A DNA stretch of 63,748 nt, filler included, from Sphacelaria rigidula (GCA_964200075.2; 6 parts of 6 records of this genome joined end to end with filler, not necessarily neighbours in it); one strand, 5' to 3'. Shown: positions 36,201 through 51,280, counted from the first letter of the whole stretch. Numbers and translations: made by a program. The notes: generated by a model not told the origin, from the letters alone.

Positions 36201-39159
36201 TTTTTTCCCGCTCACCCCTCCCTTTCACGTTTCATCGGATTGTCTTTGCGGCGCATGGGGCTTGCATTCGATAAGCAGGGAGGCTCGTCACTCCACCATA
36301 GGTGACAAAACCAGACACAGTCTCAAAAGCGAAGTGATTCCCGCTACCCCATCAATATACAACGCTGCTGCCCAGACATCGTGACGGAAGCCAACTTTGT
36401 CGGCAGCAGGTCTGCACACGAAAAGGCAAATCAGGGTTGTGTAGTGTGTCGTACTGCTCTGAAATTTACTGCATGCACTGGATGCGAGCCGTTCTGACTA
36501 CTGTGCGCTCCTCTCATCAGAGTGCGCGGTTCGTTTTTGACTACATGGGTTACTCGCGTTTTGGGCCCTGAGCCCCCATCTGGCCGCAGCTTGATTTCGG
36601 CTGTAAATATCTTGGATGGGCCAAGATTCACCCAAATCGTACCCCAATCGCAGCGTTCTCCATTTTCCGGACAACCTCCCACCCCACACGAATATCGTAA
36701 AACGGCACAGGGGAGGTCGTTGAGGTGATCATCTGTCTCTCCGCCGCGACAGAGTATATCTCTCAGGGTGAGCACGGCATCACGACAATAAAGCACGACA
36801 GTAGATGGAGACAAACTGGGACAGCCGAAAAACGGCCAATTCCTGTGTGTCAGCCACCAGTGAGCGTGTTGCTGGCGGGTGCTGCTCCATCGTGATGTGA
36901 TGATGCACGCAGCACTCGACGCACGGCCATTGCGAGGACATGACCTGAAAGGTCAGGGCAGGGTATGCATACACATGGACGCAATATGCTCGACGATGTT
37001 CCGTGTCACGAGATCGAAGCATGACTGTACACTCCAAACTAACTCGGGCCGGCGAAAAATTGGCGAACTTCCAGGTGTTCGCGAAAACGGGCATGCTAAA
37101 AAAAAGGTTGGTGTTACATAGCGGTGTGATATGGAGCGTGATATTATATTGAACGACCTGCCTTGCTGAAGATACGTATGGGAAGGTCAGGAAACGGAGA
37201 GCACACGGACGCATGGGAGACGATGGTCGGTCACTACTGTACGCAGTCCACTTCACGCTGTTTTCATGTTCGTTTTTTTTTTCTTCTTTTTTTGCTGCAA
37301 AACAACAGCGGCACGGAGCGCAGTCATCTTGACAACGCAGAGGGGGCTAGACAGGTGTACAAGACTGCTCACATGATATAAAATCGCCTCCTTTTTGTGC
37401 GCTTCGATGGTGACATTCACTTTCGCCCGCGAGGGTGGGTCATCTGGGTCATGTTCTTATTTTTCGAGTCAAGTTGATGCTCACGCGACAGACAACATGT
37501 GCTGGTGGTAGAAGGGCTCCTGCCAATCCAAGGGGCCTCACAGACTAGAATACGTTATACATCGCCCCCGATTCCCGAAAACCTCATTCTAGGCGACGAG
37601 GGAGGGGAGGATGGGGGGTACCCCCTTTTGGAGGTGTGGGTACCCCCCTGATCAGATGGATAATGACGATAGTAGGTACTGTACTATGCAGTGCGTGCAT
37701 GAACGGCTCTTCCCGACTTGTGTACAAGTTGTGTATGCTTCGGCTGCACGGCAGGTGGTAGGATTGTGTGTGCTACGTTCAAGTCCTGTTATTATTCGTG
37801 GGAACAGCATCTCGTAACAATCGACTCGATAGCATGCGGCACGACACAAGTCAATCTATAAAAGTTCTGGAAACGTAGCCGTGGTTGTTGTAAGACCCGC
37901 ATTTGTTGGAACAGATTGCCAGCATGAGTAAAGAATACAGAACGATGACTCGTTGACTACCTTCTTTAGCGACACCATCTTCACGAGATTCTCTTTGTCG
38001 CTTCTACCTGTGTTGCTGTGCAGTATGCCAACGATTAGAGATTGCCCCTCGACACAGCTGTCCGAACGAGGGCGCTGCCGACGCGGGCGCTGCCTACGCG
38101 GGCACCTGGTGGTCATCCTCGAATTATCTACAATTGGTTGATACCATGGGAGTACTGTCAAAACATTTTTATACCGATTGGAATTTTACAGTCAAGTCAC
38201 AGTAGAAATGCATACCTCTGGTGTCACGCCGCAACACGTACAACTCATAGCATACTTCCCTTTATGGACAAACAGAACGCCATCGGGGTCATGTCTCGGG
38301 TACGCGGCTCTTTCCAGCATTGCAGCCTCACCACTACACCACCTACCCCAAAGTCATTATCCATATGTAACCTTGACTGAAAAGTCATCATCCAACGACC
38401 GATTTCTCTTCCCTGCGACTGCTAGAGTAACAGGTATACTCGAACTCCTCAGTTTTGCGCTGCTAGAGTACAGGCCAGCATCATGGTGGTGAAGGAACCA
38501 TTCAATTTCGTATCCTGGCGAAGAAACAGGAAGGGAGGGTTTTTGGACACCATTGTTCGATTCTTCTCTGCGGGGGGGGAGCGGGGGGGGGGGGTATAGC
38601 GTATTCTAGTCTGTAAGGCCCCTTGGTCAATCGGGTAACATTGAGAAACTTTTGGTGAATGATAACCATTTCGATCAATCGGGCTACCAAAATGGTCGAT
38701 CCACCCCATCAGGCTTGTCGCCTGACCGAGGCATGCACCCTAACCACACATGGTGAGTTGTGGAAACTTTTTCGAACGATCTCGGCACCTACTCCCGGCC
38801 GCCCTCCAGTGGAAAGCCCTTCGATACTCCTTGACGATCGGCCGTTGATACCGTCTCGAGGTGGGAGCTAGCCATCAACGAGTCAAAACTTCTTGATCGT
38901 CGGGGTGAGTGGCCTGTTAAACCGGCGTCATTTTCCACTTCAGAAATGGTGGAATCACCCCTGGTAACCCACCCAGGCAGACAAAAAACTGAGGAGAAAT
39001 CTGGATGGGATGTAACTTATTGTTCATTTATACTCATGCGTCACCTCTTGCGTAGACGAGGCGATTCAGTTACCGAAGGGGTTGAAAAGGCTGCGAGTCG
39101 CCATAATGTATGTGCAAACACCCCCCGTGTTGCTTGTTCCCTACCTTCATGCAATGTGC

Positions 39160-39632
39160 CGAATCAACCTTTTTCTTCTTCCGCTTCATGCTGAGAGTCA
39201 CGAACAGACATGAAACTCTACAAAGTACCAACACCCTGCACAATGTAAAATCTCAAGACAAAATTGCTTCGCGATGCTGTCACCAACTGATGGTCGCACC
39301 ACACCCGTCTCCCCGATCTCATAAACCTCGACTTCAACCCAGACACCATTATTGTCACTTCATCGTGGATGCACCTGTCCTTGTGCCTTACTGCTTCTCC
39401 CACACTGAACTGACCCACTGGGTTCATCACACAGGTAATCTTGCATGTCAATGTGTTTTGAAATGGCTTCTAGATACTGCAACCACTATAAACATCTGGG
39501 AAAATTCTTCCCGCTTCTGCACAAAACATCGATTCTTCCCTAACACAGAATCGAGCCTTTTCTTCTCCGCTTCATGCTGAGAGTCGCGAACAGACATGAA
39601 ACTCTACAAAGTACCACACCCTGCACAGTGTA
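39160..39632 (+). repeat. Same repeat family, bracketed by ~85-bp direct repeats
   Basis: CCGCTTCATGCTGAGAGTC(A/G)CGAACAGACATGAAACTCTACAAAGTACCA occurs at ~39181 and ~39567. Confidence 0.85.
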
Positions 39633-42046
39633 CATGAGTCAATATATGCTTTAGACAAAAATGTATTGGGTAAAGTGAAGGCCTATTGCAACTATTGTCG
39701 GCCGAGAATAGTTGCAATGGGCCTGTACAATAATTGCAATGGGCGGGTACTTTATCCAGTATATTTTATCTTTTGGATCTGTTCACCATATTTTGTCCGG
39801 GGTGCGCAAAGCACACATTACTGTACGGTAACGTTCCAACACCGTGCAATGGAGCCAGCAGTTTTCAGTGTCGCTCCTGTACCCAACACATCTTGAACAT
39901 TACGTACAACAGAAGAGGTCGATAATGCGACGTGACAACACGAATCCTGGGTAATATGATACTACTGTAGCGTAAAGTACTGCTGCACTGCTGTTATGCA
40001 CTTTTAGCATCTGTCTGTGGAGACTATTCATAAAACATCCAGCCAAACCTCGACCTTGTTCATGAGGCGAGATTCATCGCCAGATGTTGAACGTTCGGCA
40101 GCGGACGCTGCTGTGTTATCTTTTTTTTCTGCATCTTGCTGCTTCTTGTCGGGTTCTCCACGTCCCCTCTCACTCAACAACACCGAATGGGACACGCCAC
40201 AGGATATAATTGAGATGATGCAGTGCGTCGCGAGAGTGAGGTCATACTGAAGACTACCGAACAGTGCCGTAGAATAGTGTCGTGGGTAGTTGTAGTGGTT
40301 CAGCGATTGGGCCGTTGACACCAGAAAGTCTGGTATATATGGACCTTCTGTCCTGTGTCTTTGGTTGCACAGCCGAAAGTCATGTGTGATCACGCGGAAA
40401 ATATAAAGCAGGCGAACCGCTTGAGAAAGCGTGACTTCCGTCGATGACTGCATGAGCTATCGCTGGAATAGCTGAAGGCGATTTTTTACTACTTAATGTG
40501 GGCCAAAGGTTAAACAAGGACTGTACGGCACAGGTGCGAGATGAAAAAATATGTTGCTCGCCGGATATTCTCACATGGAGTCGGTGGCACCGCAGCATGC
40601 GCGTATAGGAACAAAATACTTGTATAGATGAGAACGCCCAACAAGCATGCAAATCCGTCCGGTTCTTGAAAATGAAGCACGCTCTGAATAAAACGGAATG
40701 CTCAAACAGGACAACAAACATACGCCCTTTACGCGTACATGTTCCCCTATCTCTCGCACACACCACGCCCCCACATCATATCCCACCAGCTCCATCTAAC
40801 CCCCACGAGTAGTACCCCCTGAACGCGATCAACGCACCTGGTGGGAAACGGACATGCTGTTCAGAACCTGGTCTCCGGCTTGCTGTCGTTACAGTATAAC
40901 GACGTCGCCCGCTGAAATCCACGAGCAATACACTTCGAGAGTACTTTTATCCAGACCACCAAGACGCCCCTCTAACGGGTTGCCCTTGAAGGGGCCTGGT
41001 CCCCGCCCGGCCCGCAATCGTTCTTGTGCCGGGGTGGAGAATGAAAGAAGTTTACCAACAGCTGAATTATCTAATGACGATAGCAAGGTGTACTCTGGGT
41101 AAACTTTCCCTGCAGTTTTGATTATGTTCAGACCCGCGGTAGAATGATAGGAGGACGCAGGTCAACGGCGCACACAAGCGCCGCTCCTTCTCCTGAAGAG
41201 TCGCTGCAGTGACAAATTTCAAACATGAGGTATTTATTTTTTCATGCTAAAATAATGAGCTACGAAATCAAAACTGGACGCAATGTGTTGTTGAACTATG
41301 CTGTAGATCGAGGACCTGCCCAATATTTCTCATGACAGGGGTTACTGCGGTACAAACCATAGGAGCGATCTTTGCCAGCTGTGCTGCCTGTAGTAGCCCT
41401 CTTTTGTCCCCGACGCGAGAACAGCTCACAGTGTACGCACCGCTGAATCTTGAGTTCATTTCCTCCGACACATGTAACAAATTCTACATTTATTTCCTAA
41501 ACATGTACTCATAGGAACTTCCTGCATGTACATCGGTGTGTTGTGTAGTCAGTGCACCGGCGCCCGCAACTTTGATGGATGAGGTCAGCCGCAACAGGAG
41601 CATCATAAAAAGAATGGTTATAATAATGATCCAACCTTCGTCTGCGCTGTGGAAGATCCGTATCCGGACGTGGAGAGGTGGGCATTTACGAAAAGCGGCA
41701 TTGATGCTGGTACTCGTGGCTGCAGTGGTGGTGATCCCACAAGCGCATGGATGGCGGATGTGGACAAACGATGGGTGAGCGTTGAACATTTACGGCAGAT
41801 TTTACCGTGCTGACTTTTTGATTGACTGACTGCTCGTTGCGTGATTATCATACATCAACTAATCGCGGAGGCACCCAGCCCTTATAAATAGTTACAAAAT
41901 CGACGCATTCAAGGTCAACAACACGGGAACGCTCGCTAAAGATGGGGGGGAAAGGGCATACACAAACGGAGTGAATTGAAGAGCAAAACGACAGAACACA
42001 AAACACAAAACACTGAATACTGAACACAAAAAACACTAACAAAATG

Positions 42047-42127
42047 CTGTGTTGTGTTGTCATCCCATCTATTATTCTGGACACGAGTATATACTCGTAT
42101 TCACCTTTCGGTATATATATCATGTGG
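42047..42127 (-). mobile_element. SINE 3'-end fragment
   Basis: TGTGTTGTGTTGTCATCCCATCTATT..TTCTGGAC..CACCTTTCGGTATAT. Confidence 0.65.
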
Positions 42128-42467
42128 AACACTACATTCGTGAGATTCAGAACGTAGTTTCAGATTCAGAGTGGATGCTCTAGCGTTCCTAACTGGCAAC
42201 TTTTTTTGTTTTGTTTTGCTGGAGCACACGTCCTTTGCATGCAGCTACCGTGCGGTACCCTATTCGAGGAATTCGGCGGTCTGGTCGGTGAGATACCGCA
42301 CAAAGCATTTTCATGCCTGGGGGGCATTTCGGAACTGAAACTGTTTCAGGCATTATTAATCGTTTTTTCCTGAAAGAGGGGATATTTTGTTGCAATTGAC
42401 TGACTACATCGTTGCGACCAAGTGATGTGTCAAATTGATCGTGTAGGTGACAGCTTCCATTGAAGCC

Positions 42468-42567
42468 NNNNNNNNNNNNNNNNNNNNNNNNNNNNNNNNN
42501 NNNNNNNNNNNTTAATTAATTAANNNNNNNNNNNNNNNNNNNNNNNNNNNNNNNNNNNNNNNNNNNN
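42468..42567. other. Artificial contig linker
   Basis: N44-TTAATTAATTAA-N44. Confidence 0.98.
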
Positions 42568-42840
42568 ACCACGTATCCCTTTCGAGACGGAGCACCGTTC
42601 CTACTCCTGATAAAGACACCTTCAACATTCCGGCGCTCATTACGTTTCTTCCATACATGACACAAAGACCGTCTACATATCTTATCCACGCCCTATTTCG
42701 CCGTCTCTGGCCACCATCTATCTCCCAGTATAACCATCGTTTTCTCCCTACTGTCTAATGCATCAAACGATCTCATGTCACCTTCGTTCACAAAATACAC
42801 AACGTGAACCCCGCTTTTCCTCCACACTTTCCCTATTCAA
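42568..42840 (+). repeat. Dispersed repeat, same family as 10790-11090
   Basis: Collinear with the reverse complement of 10790-11090. Confidence 0.85.
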
Positions 42841-43469
42841 CCATGCCAAAATAATTGCTGTGCCCCCTTCCATGCCCCCCAAAATATTCTTCCGAAATCT
42901 CGCGGGACTTTCACCGGACGAGATCTTGGAACAGAAAGCACGGACATCCAAAGGCTCTGACTCTTTCGACGCCCGGAGACGGATATCTCAGGCTGGCACT
43001 CATTTCTCAACTGCAACATCATGCGACTTCATCAGATGGATACGCCTGTGCGGTCAAAGGGTCAAAACCTTTGAATACGACAAGATCGGGATTTTTACTG
43101 CAGGAGCAGTCGTGTTGAAAAGACCGGTAGACAAAGTGGTACATCGGCGTACATGAAGTCACACGGACTACATTCGTAGTCAAGGGGTACTGTATTTTTT
43201 CGCTACCCACGGTCAACTGTTCAGAGAATCTGACATGGCACAACCGAGTCGGGTGTTGTTGGAATATGACCACTGCAGGGATGGGTGGGCGCCAGCTAGG
43301 CCGGGTGGGCGCAAAAGTGCATTTTCGGGAGTTTCAGTTGTCACCGATAAGTAGGGGCTGGGTACTGGAACAGTAGGAGTAAACATCGGCAATGTTGATG
43401 ATACTGGCAGTGTATACTGGTACTGGAGAAAAGAGCAGCCGACACAAAATTTTCCTTCTCTCAATAACC

Positions 43470-43701
43470 TACTTTCCTTTTGCGGTGGTCGCCCTCCTTT
43501 TTATCGTGACAAGGGTTCGGCAGTCCCCTTTCCTCGTCGACCGTGAAGTCGTACTTTTTGTACCCACGACATGGTCACTCTCCGCTGCTGGGCATGATGC
43601 GAGAAAAAATCCCAGATCGTATGACTTCACCGAAATTCGAACCCACGTCCCAACCGTCAGAAGGTTTTCGAGGTTTCCAACTGAGCCATCGCGGCGACCG
43701 G
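43470..43701 (-). mobile_element. SINE 5' half with tRNA head
   Basis: The minus strand reads CCGGTCGCCGCGATGGCTCAGTTGGAAACC..GGGTTCGAATT. The body motif CAGTCCCCTTTCCTCGTCGACC is present. Confidence 0.85.
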
Positions 43702-43994
43702 TCAGTCCTAACGAAGCTAAATCGGGTAAAGATACGCCCCTCCGGGGGGGCTTCGCCGCGGACCCAACGCACTGGTAGCATCCAGTACGCTGGTTGTTGA
43801 GGCAGTCAGTGCATCATGTACTGGCTGGCTTGTCGAGTGCCTCGCCCCAGCAGTAAGACTGCAGCAGGATGCCAAACATGATGTGTAAATATTTCAGGAA
43901 GGTCCTGATCGGGAACGGACGTAAAGACACCACCTCCAGGACCTGCAGAGACCGCTGAGGACAGGAAAGGAGAAAGTGAGGATCCGCCGTATTA

Positions 43995-46900
43995 CCTTGA
44001 GCTGACTGCGGTGAGACCAGAGGTAGTCTGGAGCGCCGGCCGGAAAGTCTACGATGAAATGTAACATATTCCTGACAAATGGGCACGTCGATGGTGCTGT
44101 CCAAGTATACCAAGTTGGGGGAGTGGGCGGGACTGAAGGACGTTTTTTTGCCTACATATTCCTCAGACACACGCTGACCGAGGTCGTTAATTCTAAACGT
44201 CATGAGCCCCCCGCTTGGGTAGCGGGGGTTCGTGAGGGGGACAAGATCATCGCTGCGGTTCCATGCGCGTTGTTTGTATGTATGTCACGTCAGCGTGCTC
44301 AGCGTGCTCAAATGTCGTCGGGAGAGGGGCAAAATTTTCCACGAAGCTCAGGAGCAAAAACTGGAATTACACCCAACCATTCACACCCGAACGCATGGCC
44401 CACCGTACGTACACCCCTCGTCAAACTCATCTGCACGTGAAAAGAGTGTACAAAAGCACATATACTACTGTTGGCGCAACTACGGCTACTGCTGTGTACT
44501 GCACTACTTTCAACATAACTGTTTCGATACAGCTACTCTACCGTACTGCACTGCTTTTACAACTATTGTCCTGAGACGGCAACGCCACCGGCTGCGACTT
44601 GCTCAAATAACAACGATGCGTGGTATATTCGTGGCAACGATAGTTTACACGTAGGCACTGTCTCTCCACCGAAAGTGCCGTTCCGAATATCTTGTGAGCA
44701 AAAAAAGGGGATGGTCTACGAGTAGAGACGCATTGGCGCCAAACGGTCTATCTTGCAAGAAGATAATTGAAACGGATTGAATTTCGAAGTCGAAACGGAA
44801 AGTAACTCAGGTGATGCGGTTGGTTCGCTGTCCGAAACCGCAGCTAAACTGATCTTATTTTCCCGACCCTCGGGATATTGAACAGTGTTCATCGAATGAC
44901 AGCATGTGGATATTGGGTAAAAAATAGGTTGGGATGTGTTTCTAAACTCGGAATATTGTGGAGCCCGCTGATTGGTCAAGGCACCTTTTTGTCGTTTGCG
45001 CCATCCCTATGATCTCAGACAAAACCCAGCTATGTCAACCTCTTCTGTTGCCCATGGCAGTCAGTGTAATACCACGTGCGCGATAAATGGGTAGGTATCG
45101 CGGTGGGACTTTGCTGATTACACAATTTTGGCGATAAGCGTAAACCACCTCGTTCAAATTGTAACAGTAGCATACGCACGATTCCGTCCCCAAAATAGAT
45201 GTTCTGTGAAGAAAGTGACAGGATTGGCCATGGAGCGCCATTCTGTCCACATCCATACCATGTCTAAGCCGAGTAGCGGAGGATAGACGGATTCATCCTT
45301 GGAATCACGGACGCGTACCGAGGAAGGAGAGAGGGCTCCAAGTGTGCCAGGAAAGGAAACAGCAACGAGAGGATGGTGCCTTGTTATGTTTTTCTGTGTC
45401 ATATTTTGCAGTGCTACAAGACGCATGGATGATGTGAGGTGAATTTACGAGAGTTCTTGATCAGATTTTCATGGTTTACGCGCACTATATTTTATGAACC
45501 GTGATGCTGGTTATTATTGCGCTTTTTGATACCAAATGCTGCACTTGCGAGTGCCACGTGTGGTTTGTTGGCTTTGATTGACCCCCGCCATGCATGCCTA
45601 CTGCGCGCTGCAATTGCACCTCAATGACGATATTCTCATTATATAATTGTTTCCCCTCTGGGCCATTTGATAGCCCCATGCACCTTGTTTGAGGTCTCGG
45701 GATGCGACGTTCTCTTGCAGACTGCATAACCTCTGGTACGACCGGGTACCCTCGATTACCTCGATATCATCGTGTTTTGTAAGCCGGGAGGGGGGGACCA
45801 GGCCCCTCCGGAGGTATTATACCCCTACACACGGACGATGGTGGGGAATACCTGTACATCACTTAAGAATTTCCTGCAGTACAGTAAATGCAGCGGCAGA
45901 AACTGCAGCAACATGATACAGAACAACGGCTTACAAAAGGATACCTTTTCTCATGTTGACCATCAAGCAGTTCGAGTGCGTGGGACACAACACGTCCGAA
46001 ACTCATGACAGTCAGAACAGTATCCTGCACGAAGCTGCCAAAAACATGATACAGCCAGCATCCAATAGCCGTACGGTTGGAGTACAAACATACCCACTGT
46101 ACTTGCTGCACTTCACCTACCTGTCGAGCGCATGGCTTCCGGGGTTTCCTTGGGGAGTTCCCTCTACTGTTGTTGCCAGAGCCTTCGCCAGCACCGGGGC
46201 GTTTGCCGCCTTGGGATGATGGGCTCTTTGCCTTCATGGCTGAGCCTGTCGTCGGCCCCTCGCCCGCCAAACCTGTGCTGCTGCTGATGTGCGGCTGTTT
46301 ATCAGCTGCTGTGGATCTTGATATTGTAAATACCGAAGGCTGTCGTTACAACAGAGAGGTAGAAAGAGAGTCAATGATGCTCCAACAGTTCGCTGCTGTG
46401 CCTCCAGCAGCACGCGATCTGTCGCACACGAGGTGGGTGGGACTGTGTGTTGAATACCACCCGCACCTGCCCACCCGCACACGGTACTTTCGCGACCTGC
46501 TGCCTCTTTCACCGGTAGCATCAACAAAATTCTTGGTGCAAAGGCTTCTGCAGCTATGCACGGGATGGAGCGGAGTGGTTTCCAGTTGCAGAAGATACTC
46601 CTGCTGTCCGTCTTTGCGATTGTAGCCGAAGGTTTTGCAATCCAGCCGTCTGTCTTTGTGGTCGTCGCCGAAGGTTGCGCCCTAGTACGACAAGGGAGAC
46701 TGAAACGCAAATACTACCCCCACGAGAGATCAAGAACCAACAATGATGATAAACTATCACTATTCTGTATCCATCTCAAGCCATAGCCTGAACATTAGTA
46801 TATATTCGTCCCTATCACGTGCCATCGCACCCCAAAGGTCACTCCTGAGGCCATCCCGACACGGAATCGTAACGTCTCGGTGTGTCTTTTTAATGCTCGT

Positions 46901-47525
46901 TTTCGCCAATATTTTTCTGACCCATTTTCGGGACACCTTAACTCGACTACAAATGATAAATGATGGGGTTTACGGCGAGGAAATCGAATTCTCCCGGATT
47001 CAAATAATGATACATGTGAGTCAACTGGTTCCACTTTTTCGCATGATGTCTCTGATTTTTTTTGTGGAATACGATCTATACCCCGCTCTTACCGTCGCTT
47101 GGGCTGACTGTCACGCAACACCCCAAGTGCGAAACACGCGGCGTATCTACGAGAACGCGGCACAAAAATAGCGGCGCAATTGACTTCTCGGAGATGTGTC
47201 TTCACACTAAATCCTATACACCTCGGCGCCTTCTGTTTCGTATGCTCCGGCACCCCAACATTATTGTTCACTTTACACTATTGAGCATATATAATACGCT
47301 GTTCACATGGACCTGCTCTGCACTTTTCTTTAGCGAGCGTTTCTGTTTGGCTTAGTTGAGGTACACCTATTTTGTGACCGCGGCTGGGTTTCCCAGGGAT
47401 AATCAGTGGCGGCAATCATTCCATAAACGTGCGGAGAAAACGTCAGTTGACGAAATCCTTGAATTTCTCACTTTTCCTATCCCTGTGCGATGCAACAGAA
47501 CGTTCAGCGTATCTTCGCGGACAAT

Positions 47526-47556
<31 letters not shown>

Positions 47557-48430
47557 ATGCGTCTCGCTTATTTACTTTTTTTGCTTGGGTGAAGCAGCGC
47601 TGCTTAGATGTTCTTCAATGCAAATTTCCAACACTGGTACTTTATTCCTTGAATCGTGGGAAAGTGACCTTATACTGTGCAGTATCTATGCGATGAGGGG
47701 TTGGTTGCCCGAACAGTCTTGACTCCAGAGCATGTCTCGACCGCCGGTCTGAAAAACTCGGTAAATCAAATCGGTAACGAACTACCCGCCTTGCAAGAAG
47801 TAAGTTCACTGACTGTGCGCCTCAGAGCAAAAGTTTCTTGCGTCACCCGAAGAAGGTACCTCGCCTGCTCGTGTCGAGAAGTGGTACGTCATCAGGGTTG
47901 TAGAGTTCGACCAGAAGCAACATTCAGAAGTTCACGCAAAACATTGCATTTCAGCCAACGATAGCGCAGCCAGGTTTCAGCATCGCAGCTCCTCCTCACC
48001 GATTGCTCGGCAGGAGGGGACTCGAAGCATATCTTCATATTTTTGAGGCGACATTCCCCAATTACAACTTTCGACCCATCAAACACAGGAACACATCGTC
48101 CACGACTGAATTACTCCCCAGAGGAACAAGTGGTGAATCTTCCCGGAGGCATCGGGTGCAAGAGGAAAGAGGTACTAGGGAAGCCGCGCAAGCCTAAAAA
48201 GGAGGGTCAGGGGGGAAAACGCCAACACAGCTGACAGGAGAGTAGGCAGGCAGGCGACGGGCTGCTGCGGGCTTGTTCGCAAACTTGGTGTCTGTAACGA
48301 GATCCCAAATCGGAATCATTTGAACAGCAACAACTGGAAAAAAACGCGCCAACCGGCATGGGCTTGCTACGGCGGAGAGCGTCGGCCTTAATGGTCGGCG
48401 TGTCAGTATTCACAACAGGTGAGTCATGAT
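43995..48430 (-). CDS. Candidate multi-exon gene of unknown function (low-complexity, Ser/Pro/Arg-rich)
   Basis: Several open, splice-bounded minus-strand segments: ~43997-44252, ~45260-45370, ~45760-45852, ~46121-46272 and ~47787-47865. I recognise no domain and did not verify the exon chain. Confidence 0.3.
47524..47549. repeat. (AT)n microsatellite
   Basis: Directly visible. Confidence 0.95.
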
Positions 48431-51019
48431 CAACAAGCACAGTGAGAGTGTGAAGAACATAGACGGGGTGAAGGGGTACAAGCAAACGTTTATGTAGAAG
48501 GGATTGGCGTTGCTGTCGTTGAGGGACCCTCTGGTGACCAAGTGCTTGATTGATGTTCTGGCGACTCCCATGATGGATTGAATATGTTGTGTTTCCATAC
48601 CGAAAAACCCATGGATGAGAGGGCCCCTCGTTCGTTATCTGATGTGTGAGGCTGCTGCACGGTACGGTACCATCTTACACATGCTTCAATTTGCCTGCTG
48701 TTCTGCATCACACATCAACTCACTGGCTGTTCCTCTGCATGGGTTTGTGTAGTGTACAGCGGTGGTGTCTGGCGCCGTTACTGAACGCGATGGGAACTGA
48801 AAGAACGTGCCTTCTTTTTCCCCACCATTTTTCGAGAGTTCTCCACAACAACACAAATCCCTCTCGGGCATCAGACGACCTGAGGAACAAAAAATGCTGT
48901 GATGATCCGACTGAAACAAGTTTTTCGGCACATTTCTGAGATTTATCTACATGGCATTCCATGTTACGGCCATACTTCTGCCGTGGCCACGTTGTGCAGT
49001 ACCGACAGGATTGCTTTGCGTATGTTCGCCGATAGACGGGTTTTTGTCCGGGGTGATCTCCTTACAGCAGAAACGCCACGCCTGATGACAGGAGACACAC
49101 GAAGCAACTTCTTATGTGGGTCACATTCGCACGGGAACGTTGTTTCTCTGTCCGATTCATACCATTTTCCCTGTGCAATCGTGAACGGTGCTCCATTGCA
49201 GACATCAGTACCGCACTGTTTTTTTACTCGCGGACGGCACAACAACAGTGCTGCACAGATATGTATCATCATTTTGTCGGTTCTTTGCCCGTGTAGGGTA
49301 TCATGGCCTTCCCTCCTTCTTCTCGCCAGGACAAGTATTCTGTCTGGTGTTCGGTGCGATTTCCTAGCTTGAGGCTTCGGGGAATATGACCGACATTTTT
49401 TCGTATCTTTCTTCACTTCCCAGGTCACTCAGCACCAGCTGTGCGCACACAGCATATACTGATGGTTCGATTAACTGAACGTACCCGATCTGATTGCACC
49501 CGCTTACTGCAGCAGTCCCTTGATGGCCCATCAACATACCCCATGTAGATGTCATTTCATTTTATAGTCGTGCTGTCACTCACACCCTGTCTCCGCGTCC
49601 ACCACCCACATCTACGGTCCATGCAATACTTGAACTTTTTGATACCCATGCACAGGGGAGCAGGCACAGCTAATGGTGTTTCCAGAGATGAACGGGTAAC
49701 GGTTGACACAATCCACGACTTGATGTCTATGTCTAGGTGGTACCTGGTGGGGCACCTACAATCGTTTATTTTTTATTCACATGATTTTTTTCCCCTTCAT
49801 TTGTCTTCATCTCCCATGTACATTTTCAACGGACTTGAATTTGTCCTGTGGGTACCACAAACTCCGTCGTTCGCTGCCGCTAGAAACGGTACGGCATGAA
49901 CCACGGCAGTCAGTACAGCGCGACAGCCTACAACAGCAAGTGCTGCACTACAGTCAGTCATAAAAACTCGGCTCTCGGGCGGTAAGTAATCCATTGTACC
50001 ACCACTCCCGTGTGACACTTTACTGAGATGTAAATCACGGTGCATTAAGTCTGTATTCGGTTCAAACCTCGAAGAGACCGTAGTCCATGGTACTACAAAG
50101 CAGCTTTCGTTCTGGTTGTGCCGGTGCTATCCCGCTGTAATGGGCATGTGATCTTGTTTCATCACAAGGCTTCCTTGCATCGGGGATTGCTGGAAATGCT
50201 GATAATCGTACGACTACTGTACATGGCTTCACTTCTCTGTCCGTGTTGTGCACACACCCCACCCTCAAACCTCGCCAAGGGTCTCATCTTCCAGAAGTGT
50301 AAAAAGTGTCGTCTTCTCATCTGCTTTTAAGGATTTTTACCCGAACTCTTTGACATAATGACATGGTTGAGATTCGGCTGTTTTGCAGTATAGACCATCA
50401 TATTCGGATCTTGGAGGGGGCTCGACAGTCGCCGACCGCGCCCAAGATGTCCGTCGATTGGAACAACGGCATAGGCGCCTTGCATTTTTGCCCAGAGCAG
50501 TCGTGACACCCCCTTTGTCTTGTCGCGGTCGTTTTAACTTGGTCAAGATTTCGAATGGATGCTGGGCCCTTATTACTACGAACATTCGATCGTGAACGCG
50601 CATACTTTATCTGATGAAAAGCTGGTGCTGTAGTCATCGGTCCCAAAATTCAAAATTCCATGTGTAGTTTAGTTCCTCATATTCGGATCTTGTGAAGGGC
50701 GGATGACAATCAACATGCTGACTACTGTTCTCACAGTTTTCCTCCAGGTCTGGGGTGGTGTGTCGGTGTCTATTTTGGCTCTGTCAAGGCACACCCTGCC
50801 TTGGGCACCCTCCCTCCCACCCCAGATTTTTACGTGTGCCTTGGGTCAGAGTTTACGATATATCTTGAGGCGACCGACCGGTGTAAACGTACTTCAAGAT
50901 TGAAGAAATATATCACGAGTAAAGGCAATGTTAACAGTGCCGACATTCGAGGAATTGTCCCTTCGATGGCCAGGGAGGATCTGCTGGACCCCACGGAGTG
51001 GGCGGGAGCAATCACTGTT

Positions 51020-51280
51020 GACTTGATTTTAGAATCAACACCAACATTTGTATCTTTGGGGGGACTTGAGACTGTACTTATTATGGCTCCCTCGGAACGT
51101 GTTTTTGTCCATATCGGCGCCGCAGGCGAGATTATCGCCGATTGGAGGTCCACCAACGCACACTTTGCTGAGGACACCCTGTGCCCCCCCTGTGCCCAAG
51201 GGTTCTCTCACACCCTCGTCGGGGTTGCAGTTTGGTCTAGCGTTTGGATTGATGGCACTTCAGTTACAAAAGCGTAGTTT
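51020..51280 (+). repeat. Dispersed repeat (family with 53450-53700 and 7840-7935)
   Basis: AGGTCCACCAACGCACACTTTGCTGAGGACACCCTGTGCCCCCC aligns with AGGTCTGCCAACGTACACTTTGCCGAGGGCATCCTGTGCACCC at ~53576. Confidence 0.75.
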
